Below, piece after piece: positions 59,374 through 64,000 of a stretch of 64,000 nt of DNA. This stretch comes from Nitrospirota bacterium (GTDB lineage: Bacteria; Nitrospirota; Thermodesulfovibrionia; Thermodesulfovibrionales; Dissulfurispiraceae), in assembly GCA_037445375.1 (NCBI GenBank), contig JBBIKS010000006.1, forward strand, positions 19,237 through 83,236. The letters are read 5' to 3'. A program made the position numbers and the translations under genes. Under the pieces are notes generated by a model, which searched no databases, was not told the origin of the DNA, and saw only the letters and a list, made by a program, of their open reading frames with translations. The first letter of the stretch is position 1; each line of letters starts with the position of its first letter.

Positions 59374-59820
59374 ATGAAGAGAAGAAAGGCTCGCGAATAC
59401 GCACTGCAATTTTTATATGCATTAGATTTTATCCAAATATCAGAGGATATAAAATCCAATGATATTAGAGAAAAACTTAATACCTTTTGGCACGAAGCTC
59501 AGGAAATGGATAGTGAGATTATCAAATTTGCTGAAAATATAGTATTAGGAACACTTGATAATTGCCAGAAAATAGACTCTATAATTCAATTAGCGGCTGA
59601 GAACTGGACTATGCTCAGGATGGCTGCGATTGATAGAAATATCCTCAGATTTGCTGCTTATGAAATCCTGTTCAAAAAAGATATCCCTCCTGCAGTAACA
59701 ATAAATGAAGCCCTCGAGATCGCCAAAGCATATTCAACCATTGAATCAGCCTCTTTCATAAACGGCATTCTTGACAAAATAGCAAAAAATATGTCTTTGG
59801 AAAAAAGCGGAACAACTTAA
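59374..59820 (+). CDS. nusB: Transcription antitermination factor NusB
   Basis: RRKAREYALQFLY..., ribH-nusB synteny. Confidence 0.9.
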   Translation: MKRRKAREYALQFLYALDFIQISEDIKSNDIREKLNTFWHEAQEMDSEIIKFAENIVLGTLDNCQKIDSIIQLAAENWTMLRMAAIDRNILRFAAYEILFKKDIPPAVTINEALEIAKAYSTIESASFINGILDKIAKNMSLEKSGTT

Positions 59821-59913
59821 CTCCAAAAATGCGTTTAAATCTAAAAGAGCAGGCATGTATAACCGACAAGCCTTTGTCTTGAAAAACAATAAGATTTGAG
59901 AGTGCAACTGCAA

Positions 59914-59940
59914 TTTTTGAATTTTGAATCTTGAATTTTC
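59914..59940. repeat. TTGAAT(T/C) heptamer array, intergenic copy
   Basis: tttttgaattttgaatcttgaattttc. The same unit occurs at the 5' ends of cbiM and cbiN. Confidence 0.7.
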
Positions 59941-60052
59941 TCTTCCTATCGCACTAACGCTCTGGAGTACGACCGCACTATATTATGCCTGTTATATAAA
60001 ATTTCAAATGCATTTTTTGCCTTAATCAGAAAAATACAATTCTATTTCCAAG

Positions 60053-61747
60053 TCATGCCTGTTTTTCAGCTTTTAAGACCTTTGTCCATTCATCTTTTAG
60101 AGTCACGATTCTGTTGAAAACTAAGCTCCCTTCTCTTGAATCTTTTGAATCTATACAAAAATAACCTGTCCGCTCAAACTGGCAAACAGTACCAGGCTTA
60201 GCATCTGAAAGAGAAGGCTCTAAACGGCACCCTCTCAGTATCTCCAATGATTTTGGGTTAAGAAAATCGGTGAAGTCTTTGCCTTCTTCAGTATCATCAG
60301 GTCTTTCTTTGACAAATAGATGGTCATAAAGACGAACCTCAGCTTCAATAGAATGTAATGCCGAAACCCAGTGCAAGGTTGATTTAACCTGCCTGCCATC
60401 AGGCGCCCAGCCACCGCGAGTCTCACGGGCATAGGTGCAGTGCAGTTCGGTAATCTCGCATGTTTTTTCATCTTTAACTATCCCAACACATTTTATATAA
60501 TAAGCATATCTTAGTCTAACCTCCCTGCCGACGGTTAAACGATAATACTTCTTTGGGGGGTTCTCCATAAAGTCATCTCTTTCAATATATATAACCCTTG
60601 AAAATGGAACTTCTCTTACGCCCATTGCGGAGTCTTCTGGATTATTAACAGCCTCCAGATATTCAACTTTATCGTCAGGATAATTCACTATCACGACCTT
60701 AAGGGGCTTTAAGACCGCCATAAATCGTGGCGCCTTTTTATTCAAATCCTTCCTCACACAATGTTCGAGCAATGCGATATCAACGAGACTTTCCTTTTTC
60801 CCCACACCAATCCGTTCCGCAAAATCCCTTATTGCTTCAGGGGTATATCCGCGTCTTCTTATGCCTGCTAATGTCGGCATCCTTGGATCATCCCATTCAC
60901 CAACATAATTTTCATTGACCAGCCTTAATAGTTTTCGCTTACTTAAGACCGTATGACTCAAGTTAAGACGGGCAAACTCAATCTGCTGCGGATGATGCAC
61001 ATTTAGCTCATTAAGAAACCAGTCATATAAAGGACGGTGATCTTCATACTCCATTGTGCAGATAGAATGTGTTACGCCCTCTATCGAATCAGAAAGCCCG
61101 TGCGCCCAATCATACATAGGATAAATGCACCACTTATCACCTGTTCGATGATGGCTTTCATGTTTGATGCGATACATTACTGGGTCTCTCATATTAATAT
61201 TTCCAGAAGACATATCAATTTTAGCCCTGAGAACGCGGCTACCATCGGCAAATTCGCCGTTCCTCATCCTTTCAAAGAGGTCAAGGTTTTCCTCGATTGA
61301 ACGGTTGCGATAAGGGCTGTCTTTGCCAGCTTCGGTTAGAGTTCCTCGATACTCCCTTATTTCATCTGAGCTTAAATCGCAGACATAAGCCTTCCCAGCC
61401 TTTATAAGTTGAATTGCCCATTCATAGAGCTTATCAAAATAATCTGATGCATAGTAGAGCCTGTCTTCCCAATCGAAGCCAAGCCAGCGAACATCCTCTA
61501 TGATTGAGTCAACATACTCTTGCTCTTCCTTGCTTGGATTTGTATCATCGAATCTCAGATTGCATTGTCCATTAAATTCTTGAGCAAGCCCGAAATTAAG
61601 GCATATGGACTTTGCATGCCCTATATGCAGATAGCCATTAGGCTCAGGCGGAAAGCGGGTTATAATCCTGTCGCTATATTTGTTCGATTTTATGTCATCT
61701 AAAATAATATCTTTGATGAAATTTGATTTTGATGGAATATCCTTCAT
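60053..61747 (-). CDS. glnS: Glutaminyl-tRNA synthetase
   Basis: HIGHAKS and VLSKRK class I motifs. GlnRS-type C-terminal anticodon-binding barrels. Confidence 0.95.
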   Translation of the reverse strand: MKDIPSKSNFIKDIILDDIKSNKYSDRIITRFPPEPNGYLHIGHAKSICLNFGLAQEFNGQCNLRFDDTNPSKEEQEYVDSIIEDVRWLGFDWEDRLYYASDYFDKLYEWAIQLIKAGKAYVCDLSSDEIREYRGTLTEAGKDSPYRNRSIEENLDLFERMRNGEFADGSRVLRAKIDMSSGNINMRDPVMYRIKHESHHRTGDKWCIYPMYDWAHGLSDSIEGVTHSICTMEYEDHRPLYDWFLNELNVHHPQQIEFARLNLSHTVLSKRKLLRLVNENYVGEWDDPRMPTLAGIRRRGYTPEAIRDFAERIGVGKKESLVDIALLEHCVRKDLNKKAPRFMAVLKPLKVVIVNYPDDKVEYLEAVNNPEDSAMGVREVPFSRVIYIERDDFMENPPKKYYRLTVGREVRLRYAYYIKCVGIVKDEKTCEITELHCTYARETRGGWAPDGRQVKSTLHWVSALHSIEAEVRLYDHLFVKERPDDTEEGKDFTDFLNPKSLEILRGCRLEPSLSDAKPGTVCQFERTGYFCIDSKDSREGSLVFNRIVTLKDEWTKVLKAEKQA

Positions 61748-61876
61748 GATAACTATCTTGCCTCCTGCTATATGGTATTGACGGGTTTCAAAAAGCGGCT
61801 CTTCAATATATTACCTGATTGGTAAAGATTCACTTCATTCGTTTGGAATGACAATTTTTCAGACCCTGAAATAAAC

Positions 61877-62812
61877 TCATAACATAAAAAGTTTAGCAAT
61901 AACATAGCTAATTATACAAGCCGATACAGGAGCTAAAAAAAAGTTCAGTAGGGTTTTTTTTATAAAACTTAAATTAACAGTCCCCATGCCTTTTACTAAT
62001 CCCACCCCGCTTATAGCTCCTATGATGCAATAGGTTGTGGATATCGGCATACCAAGAAATGTGAAAAGCATAACTGCGCATCCAGCCCCGAACTGGGCAG
62101 CGAACCCTGAATATGGATCAATGGCTGTTATTCCTTTTCCAATCGTTTCTATCAAACGGTAACTTAAAAAGAAGGCACCTAAAAACACAAAAAGTGCACC
62201 GAGCACAAACGAAGATGTTCTATCGAGCAGTCCTGAGTAAATTACAGGGCCTAAAACTGTAGCCAATTCATTAGCTCCTGTATTATATGCAATCAGAAAT
62301 CCGCTTATAAGCAGCAAAATCCTGAGCAATCTTTCTATCCTTACAAAAGATAGCTTAGAGATAGTTCTTTCCATTAGATTATAAATTCCAAAAGCAAAGA
62401 GAAGGGCAACGAATGGCGAAATCAGCCAGGAAAGAAGTATCTCTCCTAATTTCATATAATTGACGACTGTTTGAAACCCCATTGCAGCCCCTGCGAGGCT
62501 TCCTATAAGAATCTGATGGATGGAAAGGGGTATTTTGAACAGATTCGAAAATATTATAATGAACGCTGATACCATAAAAGATATGCTCAATGTCGAAAGA
62601 TTCACCTCGACGATATCTTTTCCTACCGTGATCATAACCTTCTGTCCATGCAGAAAAATGCCCAACAGGACGATGAAGCCAAATAAAAGGACTGCTTTTT
62701 TAAATTTTATGATGCCGCATCCTATACATATCCCAAGTGCATTGGATGTATCATTGGAGCCTATGGCAATGGCAATCAATATGCAGGCAATAATGGGGAT
62801 TATTTCTATCAC
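61877..62812 (-). CDS. PiT-family inorganic phosphate transporter
   Basis: GSNDTSNALG signature, polytopic. Confidence 0.85.
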   Translation of the reverse strand: MIEIIPIIACILIAIAIGSNDTSNALGICIGCGIIKFKKAVLLFGFIVLLGIFLHGQKVMITVGKDIVEVNLSTLSISFMVSAFIIIFSNLFKIPLSIHQILIGSLAGAAMGFQTVVNYMKLGEILLSWLISPFVALLFAFGIYNLMERTISKLSFVRIERLLRILLLISGFLIAYNTGANELATVLGPVIYSGLLDRTSSFVLGALFVFLGAFFLSYRLIETIGKGITAIDPYSGFAAQFGAGCAVMLFTFLGMPISTTYCIIGAISGVGLVKGMGTVNLSFIKKTLLNFFLAPVSACIISYVIAKLFML

Positions 62813-62818
62813 AAAGCA

Positions 62819-63451
62819 CTATCTTAAACTGATTTTTATTATATTGAGATAATCACTGGCATCTTCAATTAAATCGCTCACTCTGGTCAGATGATTTATG
62901 AAATCCGAGAGCATCTTGCCTTCCCAGAAGTTTTTAACTTCAGTATCTTTCAGTTTTTCAATGAGTTCGAATTTGATCTCATCAATATTTTTTTCATAAA
63001 TCCTGATGGCAAGGCTTTTGTCTCTCAAATCCTCCCGATAAAACAGTGAATCAATGGCTTGTAGAAGCATTTCACACATTTGTGCATTAATGTTTGCGAT
63101 TTCATGGCAATCAGATTTTATATCATCAAGCTTTTGATAAATATGTTTATATTCCAATGCAGCATCCTCAAGCACATCAAAGGCTTCATCTGTCATCTCA
63201 ACAAATCTGAAAATATTTGGTCGTAAGAAAGGTAAAAATGCCCCTTCATATATTTGCATAATCAATTGCCTTCTGATGCTGTCAGCCTCTCTCTCCAATT
63301 CCACTATATCAAGCATGAGGTCTTTGTCACCTTTTCCAATCGCATCCTTAAAGATATATGAGGCTGTTATCAATGTCTTTATATGTTTCTTTATGTTTCC
63401 AATGACTTCCTGCTCTTTTTTGCTAGCTGAAAAAAACCTTTCAAGCACCAT
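62819..63451 (-). CDS. DUF47 (PhoU-like) phosphate-transport regulator
   Basis: Helical 210-aa protein directly upstream of PiT, which is the usual DUF47-PiT pairing. Confidence 0.75.
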   Translation of the reverse strand: MVLERFFSASKKEQEVIGNIKKHIKTLITASYIFKDAIGKGDKDLMLDIVELEREADSIRRQLIMQIYEGAFLPFLRPNIFRFVEMTDEAFDVLEDAALEYKHIYQKLDDIKSDCHEIANINAQMCEMLLQAIDSLFYREDLRDKSLAIRIYEKNIDEIKFELIEKLKDTEVKNFWEGKMLSDFINHLTRVSDLIEDASDYLNIIKISLR

Positions 63452-63845
63452 AGTCCCCTCTTGCCCTCATAATTAAACAGCCGTTCATAACATCCATCAA
63501 AGAAACAATGCCTACAATCTGCATATTATCACATACAAAAACCCTTGCAATATTGAACTTCTCCATTAGATTAATTGCATGTTTGATATCCATTGCCCTG
63601 TTTACACATACGACCGGTTTAGTTGCAATCTCAAATACCTTTGTTTTGTTAAGATCGAAATTCTGCATTATACCTTTGAACACTATATCTCTAACTGTTA
63701 TCACCCCATACACATCACTCTCGTCTTTGGGTTTTACTACGAGAGACCTGAGCCTTTTATCAATCATTTGTTCAATCGCATCAAATAATGATGCATTTGC
63801 ATCAATGAATTCTATCTTCTTAACCATTATGTCCTCTACCTTCAT
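63441..63845 (-). CDS. CBS-pair domain protein
   Basis: Two CBS motifs (VITVRDIV..., IVSLMDVM...). Confidence 0.8.
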   Translation of the reverse strand: MKVEDIMVKKIEFIDANASLFDAIEQMIDKRLRSLVVKPKDESDVYGVITVRDIVFKGIMQNFDLNKTKVFEIATKPVVCVNRAMDIKHAINLMEKFNIARVFVCDNMQIVGIVSLMDVMNGCLIMRARGDYGA

Positions 63846-63905
63846 AAATCAACCCCCAAATAATTCATTTCATTTTTAAATATATTTGATCCAAGTTGAG
63901 CGATT

Positions 63906-64000
63906 AGTGAACCTCCCCGCAGCTTGCTGCGGGGTATCCTAAAATCTCCCCTCCCATCAAGGGGGAGGGAAGTATAAGGAAACCCTAGATTCCCGCTTTC
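63906..64000. repeat. Dispersed repeat family B, runs to the window edge
   Basis: GTGAACCTCCCCGCAGCTTGCTGCGGGGTATCCTAAAATCTCCCCTCCCATCAAGGGGGAGGGAAGTATAAGGAAACCCT matches 20070-20215. Confidence 0.7.

Overview
AT-rich chromosomal segment from a diderm anaerobe. My low-confidence taxon guess is a Nitrospirota/Thermodesulfovibrionia-like or related uncultured lineage. Most of the window is housekeeping.

Gene content, left to right:
- Left third: ppx/gppA (5' truncated), a GNAT, the envelope genes tamB-bamA-surA-like, a FIST/GAF/PAS sensor kinase cluster, pyrF, selA, rsfS-rlmH, a LapA-LapB fusion and a HARP-type PIN protein.
- Middle: three REC-domain signalling proteins including an HD-GYP, then queE, guaB-guaA, tRNA-Arg(CCU), a Cys/Met PLP enzyme, a UbiA prenyltransferase and a multihaem cytochrome.
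- 35.5-52.6 kb, all on the minus strand behind a cobalamin riboswitch: thiC-like(bzaF?)-cobU-cobT-cobS-cobC-[MmeI-like RM]-cobQ-cbiB-cobD-cbiA-cbiX/C-cbiMNQO.
- Right end: a DUF4139 protein, plsC-like, an M28 peptidase, tsaE, nadK, udg4, a HIT protein, ribH, nusB, glnS and PiT/DUF47/CBS.

Most interesting observations:
1. Two 'separate' cytochrome ORFs are one 642-codon frame interrupted by a single UGA, followed by a SECIS-like stem-loop. With selA in the same window, this is a candidate selenocysteine multihaem cytochrome.
2. A ThiC paralogue sits behind a B12 riboswitch at the head of the nucleotide-loop genes, which suggests 5-hydroxybenzimidazole synthase (BzaF).
3. A single-chain MmeI-like restriction-modification gene is embedded with 3- and 13-nt gaps inside the B12 operon.
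4. Several dispersed repeat families are present. One is MITE-like with the terminal inverted repeat GAGTCTGTTTATAAA; others are GC-rich nested hairpins or heptamer/octamer arrays. Some copies lie in frame inside conserved genes.
5. A 1.2-kb gene graveyard contains a [NiFe]-hydrogenase large-subunit remnant.

Everything here comes from reading the sequence and ORF translations. No database search was run.
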